Source: Orbicella franksi
Lineage: Eukaryota
DNA: 64,000 nucleotides
Assembly (NCBI GenBank): GCA_964199315.1
Contig: OZ116707.1
Coordinates: 5,828,001-5,892,000 of the forward strand
Reading direction: 5' to 3'
The notes below the pieces were generated by a model that saw nothing but the letters and a program-made list of their open reading frames with translations, was not told where the DNA came from and did no database searches. This document shows, one piece after another, positions 1-12,604 of this stretch; position 1 is the first letter of the stretch; each line of letters begins with the position of its first letter. The position numbers and the translations under genes are program-made.

Positions 1-324
1 ATGCTACCAAATACCATTATTTATCATGCTCTAACAACTAGAGTCACATTAAGTAAACTAAAGATTATTTAAATTCAAAATAAGTGAATATTACATACCA
101 CAGCTTTGGAGTTTAAATTGACCACTGTAGCTCTTCAAATTAGACTCTTTTCTTACAATCTAGTCCTCAATTATTTGCAACTGATGAATTGATTTTGACA
201 AATGATACATAAACAGGAAAAATTGGAGGCTTGTTGGAAAAAATGTTTTTTAATAAGATGGTCCTGGTCCTGTATAAGACTCCACGGCCATCAGGAAAGG
301 GCTGAATTATCCTACTATTATTAA

Positions 325-538
325 AGGAGACATGTCACAATATATTAACTCATGTCTTGTCAAGTGAAATTAAATTTCTTTGAAGAAGGAACAAACCTCA
401 ACATGATTTTTAAGTAGAGGAAAACAAAATGACCAAGAGTGGCGGACGTAGAAGATTGAGATTGGTTATCTGAATGTTTTGCCGTACTAAATTTAAAGTC
501 CTTGCAAAAAATTAATTTAAATCTGTGACACGGCCCCT
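325..538. mobile_element. Kolobok-type MITE (non-autonomous)
   Basis: TTAA at 321-324 and 539-542. Imperfect TIR AGGAGACATGTCACA versus revcomp AGGGGCCGTGTCACA. The AGG start matches the element at 11007. Confidence 0.7.
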
Positions 539-974
539 TTAAATATTCCTCTCACTGACAATTCTACAATAACATCGAATTTCTTTACTGATAGAGCCAT
601 TAACAATTTTTTGTGCCAGTTATAAAAACCCTAAACAAAACTCTTACATGTATATGAAAATGTAAGCCATCTTCTGGCTTTTTTGTAGTGAAATCATAAT
701 GATGTCTTAATGGCTCTTAGTAATACCTCAGTAAGGGTCATTAAATGTACAACCTTACAAATTTAAACAGGATACACAAAATATGGCACTAGACTGTTGC
801 ACTTGTAAGGATGATCCACCATTGCCATGTATTTTGTAAATTCTGTTTACACTGAGAAAGGTCAAGTTTAAGTAGCCCTCAGTGAGGTATAATTAAGTCT
901 CTCATGAAACAAACAACTGTATTCCTAAACAAAACTCTAAGAAAATATATGTAAAATATTCTTTGAAATTATTT

Positions 975-1120
975 ACTAGCTTTGTAGTCAATGTGGAAGG
1001 CATAATGAATGCACAACAACATAAAAAGACAAAGAACAGCTCTCCACCTCAATAAGGATCCTCCTGTCAACAGCCACAAACAATTGATGCTCATCTGTCC
1101 CATCCTTGTTTACATAACAC
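975..1120 (-). pseudogene. Diverged partial duplicate of the last exon of the SAMD3-like gene (1711-1864)
   Basis: actagctttgtagtcaatgt...aaggatcctcctgtcaac...cccatccttgt aligns with 1711-1864, with substitutions and a short deletion. Confidence 0.85.
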
Positions 1121-1235
1121 AAAGAGCTTGACGCTCTTAACTTAACTTTTAAGCCAACATTTTGTGATCATTCATGCATGCGAATGGCAGTTCAAAAAAC
1201 TGACAGAATGTTCTTGAATTCATGTTTTTCTATGT

Positions 1236-1473
1236 TACTTACAAAAAATTTGGGACAATTTTAATTTGGGACACAAAAGTGTCGAAAAATACAGCCAACT
1301 GAAAATTTCAAGCGCCTGACATATTTATCTTAAGAAATAATCATGTTTTATAGGCATAAATCTACTCTTAAGGTATGCTTTAAGAGCAAATTGCCTGAAA
1401 TTTGCTTGAAAATAAAGACTTACGAAATAAAGAAGTGTCCCCAAATTTATAGTGTCAGAAATTTTTGCAAGTA
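1236..1473. mobile_element. MITE with ~40-bp imperfect TIRs
   Basis: Left end tacttacaaaaaatttgggacaattttaatttgggacac versus right end gtgtccccaaatttatagtgtcagaaatttttgcaagta. Confidence 0.6.
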
Positions 1474-1608
1474 AATGACTATCCATTAATGAAGGTTTTA
1501 ACATTGAACCCTTGCAACGGAAATACCAAACTGTAGTTATTAGGAAATGTTTGTTTAGAAACTTTTTTTACAGCTGGTACAATTGTAATAATTATTGTAG
1601 GTTAGTTT

Positions 1609-4600
1609 CTAATCAAACAGTTCCTTTACTTCAGTTCGGTACTTCTTGGACTTTTTGCTAGGGACTATTCCCAAACAAAATTCTTCCAAGAATGTGTAAA
1701 ACAATTTTTGACTAGCTTTGTAGTCAATGTCGAAGGCATAACGAGTGCACAACAACATAAACAGGGCCCGTGGGAAAGAAGAACTCTCCACCTCCATAAG
1801 GATCCTCCTGTCAACAACCACAAACAACTGATACTCATCCGTCCCATCCTTGTCTACGTAGCACATCACCCAGGGCTGGCTTGTGTTAAAGGAATTATCC
1901 ACTCCGCCTTCAGCAAATTCTTCAGGCCCTTTGCTGACTGTCTGCAGTTGGAAAAATATGAAGCTTATTTTGATTTCAGACTTACCCAATACTGCAGCAC
2001 AGCGAGTTAAATTAAGATTGTAATCATAATGAAGTTCAAAAGATTGCACAACTGTAATTTTTACATATTCAGTTGAATAAGCTCATTACCGTTTCAAACC
2101 GGCCAAACACTGTTGAAACTATTGAAACTACTGAAGAACTCATAATGGCAAGGGGACTGCGCAGAGTACTTTTCATGCAGCATAAATGAATGCCATATTA
2201 ATGACCCACAAGGGGTTCCCACAAGGCCTAACACTCTCAGATGATCCAGGTTGCTCACGGCCAGGCACCACGTGCGACCTGAGCCAGAGAGACCGTTTTC
2301 AGGCTGGTTGGATGAGTTGGTTTGACACAAGGAGACCCTACTAAACATCAAAAGTGTGCTTTGACAATTGTAATGGAAGTGGACTTTTCAATAGGATTAT
2401 TAAGAAGAGCAAAGAACATGACGAAGGTAAGAACACCACCACAGTCTCAATGCTGAATTCTAAACATGTAATGAGATGTACATGTAATATTCGTTTTTAG
2501 TATATACCACACAAGTGAATAGTGCTCTTCGCGTGCTCTGATTAGTTAACTCGGAGGTGATTAGCAAGTAATTCCATCGCATAGCAATTCCGACCGCTTG
2601 TCACAAATTTAAAAAGAACATTTTGGTCTGCTAATTATTTAGCTTGTGTGGTATGTACTAAAACATTTATTCACTTCAGTGTCGGTGAAGTGATGGATAT
2701 TTACTTTGCTGCTTCGTGGCTCGGTAAATATTCACCACCATTCACCTCCACTTTGGTGAATAATTGTTAACTATAGGTGCGTATTCGGTAACTAAACATA
2801 CAAAGTAAGTGCTTATCACTTTGCTGTTTTTACCTGAGAAAGCCTTTTATTTATAACTTAACTATATTTCAGTCCCAAATCTATAAGTGGCCAGTTTTAG
2901 ATGCATGAACTGCAGCCTGTAGCCTCCTATGTGTTAGGCTATGCACACTGAGGCTATTAAAATGCATATATATTGCAGATCAGGGGTAGAAATGGCCAGA
3001 ATGAAATGCGGGTAAAATGCGGACTGCATGACAAGGGGTAAAATAAAATACTGTGTTTCATTCCATTATCGAGAGCTAACCGTATGTACACAGGCTCATC
3101 TGAGTGTTAATTTATGTAAGGATTAAGCAGGGTGCTATTCGGCAGATGTTTTATCCCTTGTCTGCAGTCTGCTTTTTTATCCTTAGACTGCATATTTCTA
3201 CTTCTGAACTCTGCGGTACTTGGGTTAGCTTAATCGGGCTCTAAACAACCAGTCTGCAAGCAGCATTTTTAAAGGTATGTTCTGTAATCTATTTAACAAA
3301 TAGACTACAAGTCTGAGTTTTCTATGAGCGAATAGTCAACTTAAGGCCTAGCCCAGGTTAACTATTGTTCATAGAAAACTTGAGCTGGTTAATTGTTGTC
3401 TAATTGTTTTAGTAGACACTCAAAAGAGGGTCGTACAGAGGTATTGTCATGATGTGTGATTCGCTGATTTTATTTTCTGTGAAACATGAATTTAAAGAAT
3501 TTATTTTTTGTGATCCGTGACCTGAAGGTTTTGCGTGACCCTTGAAGAACTTGAATTACTAACCGATATTCTTGATTTCACCACGCTATTCTTAGTAATT
3601 TTGAGACGCTAGTCCTCTGAATGGTCAGAGTAGTTTATCAAATGTGATTTACATAGGTATGTGATTTGCAACAAGGAGCCTTCACGTAGACTCTCATTAT
3701 TTTGCTTTCTATAAACACTCTTTCTAGTGTAAGAGCAGGTTATTAAAAAAGGTACCTTACTTGCTTATTTTCGTGATTTGCCATTTTTTATGTGGCTAAA
3801 TGTAATTTAGGCAAAGTTAACCTGGAAGCAATGCTGGTCAGTGGTGTCCCTGCTCATGTGCTTTGGGACAGCCACAGAGATTTATCAGGTTTTTTCACAA
3901 CTCATCATGTAGTTGCTTGCTTGCAATGTTTCGCTGTGTGTATCTCTTTGTTTTTTCACTGGCAGATTTGTCACCCGGTTCCACCAACCTTTTAGGCACC
4001 TCCTCCAAAGCTCATCTATTGGTGATGAGTTTAATTGCTCATGAACCGTGTCAGAGACCACCCTGTATGACCATCTCGAAAGAAGTACAGTACAAAACCT
4101 AAACTTCAGTTTAGTTTTAAGCCTGAACTTAAGAGCAATTTTCAGCTTCAAGAGCAGTGCCCGCAATCATTTTCTATCAGGGAACAGGAAACAATGAGAG
4201 AACCATTCAGCTGAGTGCATGCAGCTTTCAGTCTCTATTTCAGTTAAAGCGAATTAACTAAATAGTTTAACTGACATCCCTTCTAATAGGTACATGTATA
4301 ATGTTACCTCATCAAGGAAATATACGATTGGTTCACAATCAAACTTTTGTGTCAGTAGCATAACTGCTTTCCCATCGGGGTCATCTAAGAAAGTAGTTAA
4401 AACATGTTTTAATTAATATGTCATTTGCACTTTTAAGTCTCTCAAAAGCTACAACTTTGCAAAATCAAATCTTGGATTAAATGGTCATGTATGGTGCGTA
4501 ATTGTGTTTTTCACCGATGTGTGTTTTTTTGTGGTGGTTTAACTCAAGGTCTGAGTGAAAGCAGAAAGGAAAAATATATCACTAAAACAGAAAGCCTTTC

Positions 4601-5830
4601 TGTAAAGTGAGTAAGTCACAAAACATCATAGAAGCTCACACTAATTCTGCATGACATGTAACTTATAATCATTTCATTTCATTTGTCTTTCAAAGATCTG
4701 AGATCAGAGTCCTTGTGATCCCAAGAGCAAATATTTTTATCAATTCTGAAGTAATGTACAGCTTCCAGGATGCAACTTAAGAACTTGACTGGTTTTCTCA
4801 GTGGCTTTATTTCAACTGCATGAATGATGAATAATTATAAGTTGGATTTCAATCCTGTAGCTAGCTGAATGTCTTATTCTTCAACTCCTCAAATATAGTA
4901 GGATATGTGGAAATCCTTCACAACTGTTAACCAGACGACCACCTGCACAAAATTTATCTTCTTATATTCGGGTGTGCAATTTGGGCATGCAGAGGATGTT
5001 GCCTTTAATTGTCTTGTGGGGAGTCACAATTGTGCATGTAATCTACCTTAGACATTTCCAGTTTTGTTAAGGCTATGATTGAGTAAAATATGCATTTATG
5101 CAAGTAATAAACTAACTGGGCATGTCGGCATTCTCGTTGTCCTCTCCTTCAAGCTCTTTAAAATGTGGCAATAACTTTTGTCGCAGTTCACCCCAGTCGT
5201 CCTTAAATTCTGACAAGGTGCATTGTGTGATGAGTTCCATCTCGAGTTGTAACTGTGAATTAACATTTGGATAATGTATAATCAGGGATGGTGGAGCTGG
5301 GGGGGGGTGGGGAATTTCAAGCCAAAAATACACAAAATAATAATTTTACAAATATCTCCAGACCCCCTAGTAAGTCAGCACTTCTAGCACTCACTTGTAT
5401 TTAGCCCCCCATGCCAATTAGAAAAAAGCTCCACCGCCCCTGATAATAATAATTACTAATGAATCACATACCCATCTTTTTCACATTTCCACCAAGTAAA
5501 CATACACCATTACTTTTTTGATCAGACTGTTATATATGTACAACAATATTGCTACTTACAGGTAATTCCTTGTCCAAAAAGGAGAATTTTTGGAGCACTA
5601 CTTTGGTGGGATTTGCATCCTCTATTTTTGTTGTTTCGCTTCTTTGCTGTTTGAAGGTTAGGACCATCATTTCTCTCACTGCAGACTGGCTTCCTTTTTT
5701 TTCTTGAGTTCAACTTCTAGTTGCTTATAGATCCTTTCATGATCATCTTTGTCTGCCTGCACTTCCAGCTCTTTTCTTGCTGTCCTCTTGTCCTTCTTCT
5801 GATAGTATCTTGAATTGTAGATGCGTTGCC
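1609..5830 (-). pseudogene. Multi-exon SAMD3-like / CMC-transposon accessory gene remnant
   Basis: Exons ~5560-5830 (QSAVREMMVLTFKQQRSE...KVVLQKFSFLDKE, frameshifted), ~5114-5260 (LQLEMELI...FKDDW) and 1609-1941 (ALFMLLCTRYAFDIDY...FYTFLEEFCLGI), with GT/AG boundaries. Motif order resembles SAMD3-like accessory proteins. Confidence 0.6.
2487..2775. repeat. Interspersed repeat with internal palindrome, possibly a non-autonomous Crypton derivative
   Basis: Palindrome ggatatttac...ggtaaatattc plus ccattcacctccactttggtgaataa. Family name is from recollection only. Confidence 0.45.
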
Positions 5831-7541
5831 GTATCAAAAAGAGTACATATCCATGTTTTACAACAAAAATCGAAGATAAGTTTTGATGATTAGATATGTC
5901 AAAAATAGCTATGTCACTTGCCAATATATTGACAAGATGATATCAGATAAATAATTGATGTCATGTCATTAAATAATACAACAGTAATTAAAATGCTCTT
6001 CAATGTATCAAACTGTAACGGGAATATATATCCAGCCCTGACATTATATTTCTACCTCTTTAGTAAGGTTTTTGTCAATTGAAAGTGCCTTTTATGGCAT
6101 AAACACATGGGAAAAAGTAACTAATAAAAGTACAAAATGTCACACTCATATTGCTTCAGAAATCACTGCATCTGTGATTGGCTAGTTCTGAAAAAAACTA
6201 GAAAGTATAAATTTTAAAAATGAAAAAAATGCTGTTTAAGTTTGTGTATCAGATAATGATTCCTGTGTCTTTTTATCTGTCTGGTCTGTAACACTAAATA
6301 ACACTTAAGAGTCTCTGTCCATAAATATGGAAAATAACTCGGCAAGGGTCAAAAATTCGATTTCGCTCATATTCCTATGGTAGATAGGCTAGGGCATGAC
6401 AAAGACTACTGGATAGTTGTTTTGGCAAAATATCCCTTTATTTCACAGAAATATGCAAATTACCAAAGACCATTAAAATCGTCATTTGACGCACCATTTT
6501 ATTAAACAAGTTTGAGAGCCTCGCATGCAAAACCACATCATTCTTCCGTCTTTAAAACACTCAAATATTTTTGTGTAATGTTTAATTGTGTACTGGGTTG
6601 ATTTTAGGGAATGTTGCGGTTTTTGTTGGGTGCAAAATAATTAAATTTCAAAGACATGTATTTCATTCACTTAAAAGTACTTCGTAAAAATAAGTGATTT
6701 TCACCATGTGCAAAACCTTGAAATGGATTAAGCTTCTGGTGGTTGAATCGCAGAAGGATGGTCTACAGACTCCTGTAAAAATTTCTTTGGGCAAATGACT
6801 GTGAGCGACACAAGAGCTTTTCAAAGTATGTTAAAGATGAAGATATTTGACCATCCGTCGTCAAATTTGAATTTACGGGCTAGACATATATTTTAGTAAG
6901 CGCCACATGTCTTGAGCTATATTAAGTTGAAATAGACACAGCTGATAATTTTGAAATGTTCTAACCTTATTTGCTGTAAAAAGCAGGTCCAAAAGCCAAT
7001 TTGATGTGTTTCTGTCACCATTCGTCGCACATAAAGCAGAAGTTTGCTTTTGTTTACACAACGTCCAGCGTACATCGCCAACTGTCAACTTATCTAATGG
7101 TCGAACACCATGAATCTATGACCCTCTTTCGACACATATGATCACCACTGCATCTAAGTCAAAAACGGCTAAGTGATTTGTAGATAGTTGCTTGCTTTGC
7201 ACGACACCAAAATACTATGTTTGATCATCGTTTGATCTCTTGCTGCTTGAATCCTTGCTTGCAGCGGTTCCTTGTTTGTTCGTCATGCAATGCTGTCATC
7301 CCATTTTAGGGGGTAAGGGTAGGACAATTTCTATCCTAATACGTAAGGCTCCGTAAGGCTTGGAACCACAGGGAGCACACAATCTTGTTGAGTAGGAAGA
7401 GATTAAATTAAGAAATGAAAAGAATGAATAGTCAACCATTGCCCGTGTTGTCATCTTTTACTAGACAACTGCTACCTACCGTCCCTGCATAAACACTGTA
7501 ATGCTAAACTCGTACCTAGGTCTTTTTGCGCTGTACAATTC

Positions 7542-7981
7542 CCGTAAATCTTCAAATAAGCGCCCAGGGCGCTTATTTCAAATTTAGGATAAGACAGGGG
7601 GCGCTGATTCGAAGGGGGCGCTTATTCGAGGGGGCGCTTATTTAATTTTTCCCAAAGCGTAGCCTGACATGATCATTCTTTTAAAACATCATCTGTGCGT
7701 AAACACCAACATAAGCTGTTTATTGACCTGAAAAGCTGATCCTAAAGTTTAAATCGCAGCACTGTTAGTACTTAACGTGTTCGACGTGTTCACTAAACGT
7801 GTTCACAAACTGAAATAACGTACAAATCTAATACTACATGATGAAAGCTGTACACCCTTTGTTGTCTTGTTACTTGTCCACAAAATGGGGGGAAGGGAGG
7901 GGGCGCTTATTTTAAATTTCGACTGATAGGAGGGGCGCTTATTCGAGGGGGGGTGGGGGCGCTAATTTGAGGATTTACAGT
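7542..7981. mobile_element. MITE with ~24-bp TIRs and internal GGGGCGCTTATT repeats
   Basis: ccgtaaatcttcaaataagcgcc ... ggcgctaatttgaggatttacag; about six gggcgcttatt-like motifs. Confidence 0.75.
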
Positions 7982-8258
7982 ATTTTTGGTTTACACATGA
8001 AGAAGCTAGTCATAAAAGGGGATAAGTGACGATTTTGGTTGTTTTTTTGCTCCAAATTAGCTGAAATTTTGCATGTGGACTTCATTTCAGCTGAAAAACA
8101 TTGCCCTGTAATTTTTTTCGCTGGGTTCCTCTTCGTTTTCGAGAAATAACGTATGCAAAAAAAGGCACTTTTCCTAGCGGCATCTTTTTGTTGAACGCGA
8201 AACAAAAGAAACCTTTTTTTTTGCCGGACAATGAAATCAACGAAGCATCACATTAGCC

Positions 8259-9462
8259 GCTAGTTGTTCGAGCCGATACAAGTATTTTCTTCATAAAAAA
8301 GCTCTAGATTATTCATGTTGTTGCGTTAGCACAAGCGATTAACGCACTATGCGAATCGGAAGCGCTTCTGACATTTTGGTGAGTTGAGTGCAACACGAAT
8401 CAGCTCTTTTTTTTTTAATATGTCCCCTTCTTTTTGAAACCAAAACATTAAAATAGCCTGTACTGTCGATGCTTCTAGTGCTAAAATAAACCGTTCTGCT
8501 AGGGCTAAAATAAATCATTCAAGCATCGAAATCCATCTTCAATTAATAAAATTCTGTGAGTATCGGAAGATTCGACCATTTATCGATGCCGCCGTCAACA
8601 AACTTTTCGAGGTCTTTTCTTAAAGTGAAGTTTGAGCATTTGAGCGTGTAGTGTTTTCAAAAAGCAAATTCAATGAACTGAAAATTAGCGAGTGCTAGTT
8701 GTTCGAGCCGATAGAAGTCTTGTATTTACAAATACACTACAGTCATGTTGCCCCCTTAGCACAAGCGGTTAAGGTTTTGCGCGTCGCGATAAGTGACACT
8801 GCTGTGAGACCGGTTCGACACTACGTCAGACCCCTTTTTCCTGTTAATTTCTCCCCTTCTTTTTGAAACCAAAACAATGAAACAGACGAACGTAATATCA
8901 ATGCTGCTAGTGCTAAGATAAACCGTTTTGGAATACACCTTCGATTTATAAAGTTCCGTGTGTATCAAAGATTCGTGCATTTATCGATGCCGTCGTCAAT
9001 AAATTTTTCAAGGTGTTTTTTTAAAGTGATGACTGAGCATTTGAGCATGAAGTGTTTTCAAAAAGTGAATTCAATGACCTGAAATCAGCGACCGCTAGGT
9101 TGTTTGAGCCGATACAAGTAATATTATACTGTATTTACAACATTGTCACACAATGTTCGTGTGTCCTCTTTAGCACAAGCGAAAAAAGTGCTGCAAGCCT
9201 CGAATAATCTAGCGTTTTGTCCTGAGACCGGTTTGATACAACGTCAGTCCCTTTTTTTCTAGTTTATTTCTCCTCCTCTTTCTGAAACCAAAACATTAAA
9301 ATAGTCCGTACTATGGATGCTGCTAAAGTAACATGTTTAAGTCCACTTTCGACTAATAAAAGTTCTGGAGATTTATGGACTGATTTAGCCATCATGCGTC
9401 GATAAACTTCAAGGTCTTTTTTTAAAGTGAAGTTTGAGCATTTTAAGCGTGTAGCGTTTTTC
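8259..9462 (+). repeat. Tandem repeat, ~400-435-bp unit, about 3 copies
   Basis: gctagttgttcgagccgata at 8259, 8694 and 9094. Shared blocks tttatcgatgccg...aaagtgaagtttgagcattt and ttttgaaaccaaaaca in each unit. Confidence 0.85.
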
Positions 9463-9701
9463 TAGCCTGCGCAGCAAGCATTTCTGTCGGGTTTGGAAGC
9501 AAAGAAAGACCGAGGAACGGGATTTTCAGTGTTTGTCTGCGCGGAAAATGGGGCGAGAGCCCAAAAACAAAAGGGGGGGTGGGAGAGGGGAAGAATGGGA
9601 ACTCCTTTCTTCCTTCCCCTCCCCCCTCTCTTACTCGCTCCATTTTTCGCGCTGTAATTCTTTGCTCCCAAACCCCACAGAAACGCTTGCTACGCAGGCT
9701 A
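9463..9701. mobile_element. MITE (TAGCCTGCG...CGCAGGCTA)
   Basis: TIR tagcctgcgcagcaagcatttctg / cagaaacgcttgctacgcaggcta with TA at both ends and a purine/pyrimidine internal inverted tract. The ORFs over it are spurious. Confidence 0.85.
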
Positions 9702-11378
9702 AGCATTTTAAAAAAGCGACATCTACAACTTGAAAAAGGCAGTGATCTTTATGGTAAACAACTAAAACTCCGACAGCGACATGTAATCGACGATAGTCTG
9801 GAATAGTGGAAGGATCGAATCTAATAAGCGCGAGTCGCTTTTCTTTCTGTTTTCTTCTTTTTCCCTTTTCTTTATGTCATGAGCTTCCCTTTTGATTAGT
9901 ATTTGCACGCGGATAGGCTGATTTCTTCTGTGAACAACATAGCACATGTCGTTTTTCTTTGCCAAAAAGCCTTCCCGCGACGAAAATTAAATTACCGCTT
10001 TCTATGAACAGAGTTACAAAATGGTTTTACGAAGTCTAAGCGGTTTCGATGACGATAACCGATTTATTTTAAAGGGAACGATTTAAAACTAAGTTCTTGG
10101 ACCATGAAGTGCGTCTTTTGTGATACGATCAATATTGGACACCTAATGGCTTAGCAATAATATTTTAAGCCTATTCCTCCCCGGATTGATACCCTTGGTC
10201 TTGATCCCCAGGTCCTTCCCCAAGCCCAACCATTGGTGCAAGCAGTAAGAGAGGCTGAACAATCATCTACTCTGCCTGAGCCTCTAGATCGTTCACCCTC
10301 CCTTGCAAATCTAAGAGACGGCACTCCCGCTTTGTGGACCACAGCATGAAGAATAGGCCTGTAAAGGCTGCAGATACAACAAAGCCAGCCACAAACAGTA
10401 CTGTGCCAAAAACGATCACTGATGCTGAAAAAAAAAGAAAGAACAAAGAGAAGTCGTTCGAATCCCGAAAATCCATCAGATCCCGCCAAATTTTCCTGAC
10501 TGTGTAACTCAGTACTGTATTGATTGGGTGCTTGTGAGAAACATTAATATTGATCCATCACATATAAACTCGTCATGCTGGAAACAAAGAAGGCTGAGGG
10601 AAGAATGTTTTCCTCTTGTGACTTCAGCACGAGAACATTCGACCTAAGAGTGCGGTAAGTGCTAAATCGTAGCATTGCCGGCGGTAATAGCGCGTAACAT
10701 TCTACACAGACATAATAATAATCACAGAATCGGAAGAATCTAATCGGTCACACCTTTCTAGGGTCGGTGCCTACACCCACATGATCATGCGTACGCTGGA
10801 TCTCATAGTATACGAATTTCTCAAAAAAGCAGTATATCAATACGAACTTGGTCCTGGAACTTGGTCCTGTAGAACAGCGACGAGTCTTTGAAGTGTCTGC
10901 CAACGTTTCAAGAACTAATGGAATTTTTCCTGTTGTTGTTAAGATCCGGCTGTTTCCTCGACTGGATGAGTGTGCAATTTATTGAATTGTATTTCTTATT
11001 GATTAAAGGAGAACGGAAGGCTACAGGGTATAATTTTTGAAATGATCTGAAATTGCAGAAAGAACGTAAATTACAAAGAATCGATTGAAAAAAGTTCGTA
11101 TTTCAGTGCAAATCAAATAGAAAACTAAGAGAACTCGCCAGAATTGAACATCCGCCATTTTGTTAGCATTCTCTTCTGGTTACTTCCAAATAAGGATTAC
11201 CGTCCGCCATCTCGTGACGTCAAAGCGCTCATGCTTTCTTTCCTACTTTGCGTGCTCGCCTCCGCGTGCTATGTTTTGGTGTTCTCGCCCTTCATTAGTC
11301 GTGATTAGTCGCGGATTTTCGCAGCTATATTGTGTATAGTTTGGGACAACAGAACGCTTGATAATACAGTTACAAAAT

Positions 11379-12589
11379 ATGGCTGAGTTTGAACCCTATT
11401 CCTTCGAACCCATGCGAAATTTCTCGGATTCCGATGGAGAAAATACAGCTGACGGCCAGAACGTGTTTGCAAGGAGGGGAAATACCTCTTGGTGTAATTG
11501 CGAGCATTGTGAAAACTGGGAAAATCAGCAGGAGAGAGAGTGTGTTTGCTGCCAAGAGATCGAAGAAGCCATGACAAAAATATCAGGTGAAATATTGTTG
11601 ATTAGAAGGATAATAAATTTCATGAAACGATTCATTCACTGTTTTGATTTAGTCCTTGTATTTTCGCTTATGAAAACCCAGCCATTTGTTTTCCATTTGC
11701 CATTGCTGCTTTTTTATTATATGACTTAGATTTAGAGGATGATCCCCCTATTCGCTGTATAAGTCGTCATCCTGATTTTGAAACTGTATGTTTGCGAAGA
11801 GAAGTGTTGGAGACGGCCATTGTTGGTTTGAGTCAGGCGCGTGGCATACGAGCGCCACGGGAACTTGTTAATGTGTACGTATCACATCTCCAACATTGTT
11901 AATCGTTTTGCTCTTTTCCTGGGATAATGTAGATTAGATCAATTTGCCACAGGCACGCTGTATGTCACAAATTCTGTAAGGATGTTAAAACGTTTAATTG
12001 TCATTATAATACAAAATTCAGTTTGAGATACTTGATTAGCCCTATCAATACTGCAACACAATTTTGAAAGATATAAGTAGCTAAACTACACGAATCGTTT
12101 TAGTAACTGTAGACTTGGTGAAAGAATTATTCGTTCATTGAACTCAGTCGAGTACATTTTACACACACGGCCATTGCCTAAATTTCCCGTAGGTTCTACG
12201 AAATGAAATTAATAAACAGAAGCGACTGACAGTTCTGTGTAGCTACACCCCGATCAGCGGGTGATAGCAAATTGTCACGGCAATTGCAATAACCTTTCAG
12301 CCTTCCTTTCCATCAAACTTGAGCAAATTTGAAAAGATTTTGCAATACACGTTTCATTCGTATGTTTTCTTTTTGCAGCAATTATCGTTACGCAGCTTAC
12401 CGCCAGTTTACTTGGTGGGTACATGACAGACTGGGGAGATACGTGAGAAAAGTAATCCCTGCTTGTGTAGTGAAAGCAATACGAGCCATGTATCCAAACG
12501 CAGATGGGAATTACACGGGCTTTCGCACCCCTGATGAAAGTTACTCAGAAGTGGAATTATCCTGGATACAGGAGATTGTTAGAAATTAA
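11379..12589 (+). CDS. KolX / P2X7 cytoplasmic-ballast-like Cys-rich protein, 3 exons, 187 aa, intact
   Basis: Exons 11379-11586, 11730-11874 and 12379-12589 total 564 nt, with GT-AG introns in compatible phases. Motifs WCNCEHC, ECVCC, CISRHPDFETVCL, RYAAYRQFTWW..LG..RKVIPACVV.AIR..YP...G.YTGF. Confidence 0.9.
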
Positions 12590-12604
12590 ATATAAATCAT
12601 TCAG

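Noticed and set aside
6309-7200. Second Sola3-type element starting TTAA-GAG at 6305-6311
   Set aside because: No matching CTC-TTAA partner end or TIR was found in the window.
11379-12589. Genuine P2RX7 receptor gene
   Set aside because: No transmembrane helices or ATP-binding ectodomain. The ORF lies inside TIRs with a TSD.
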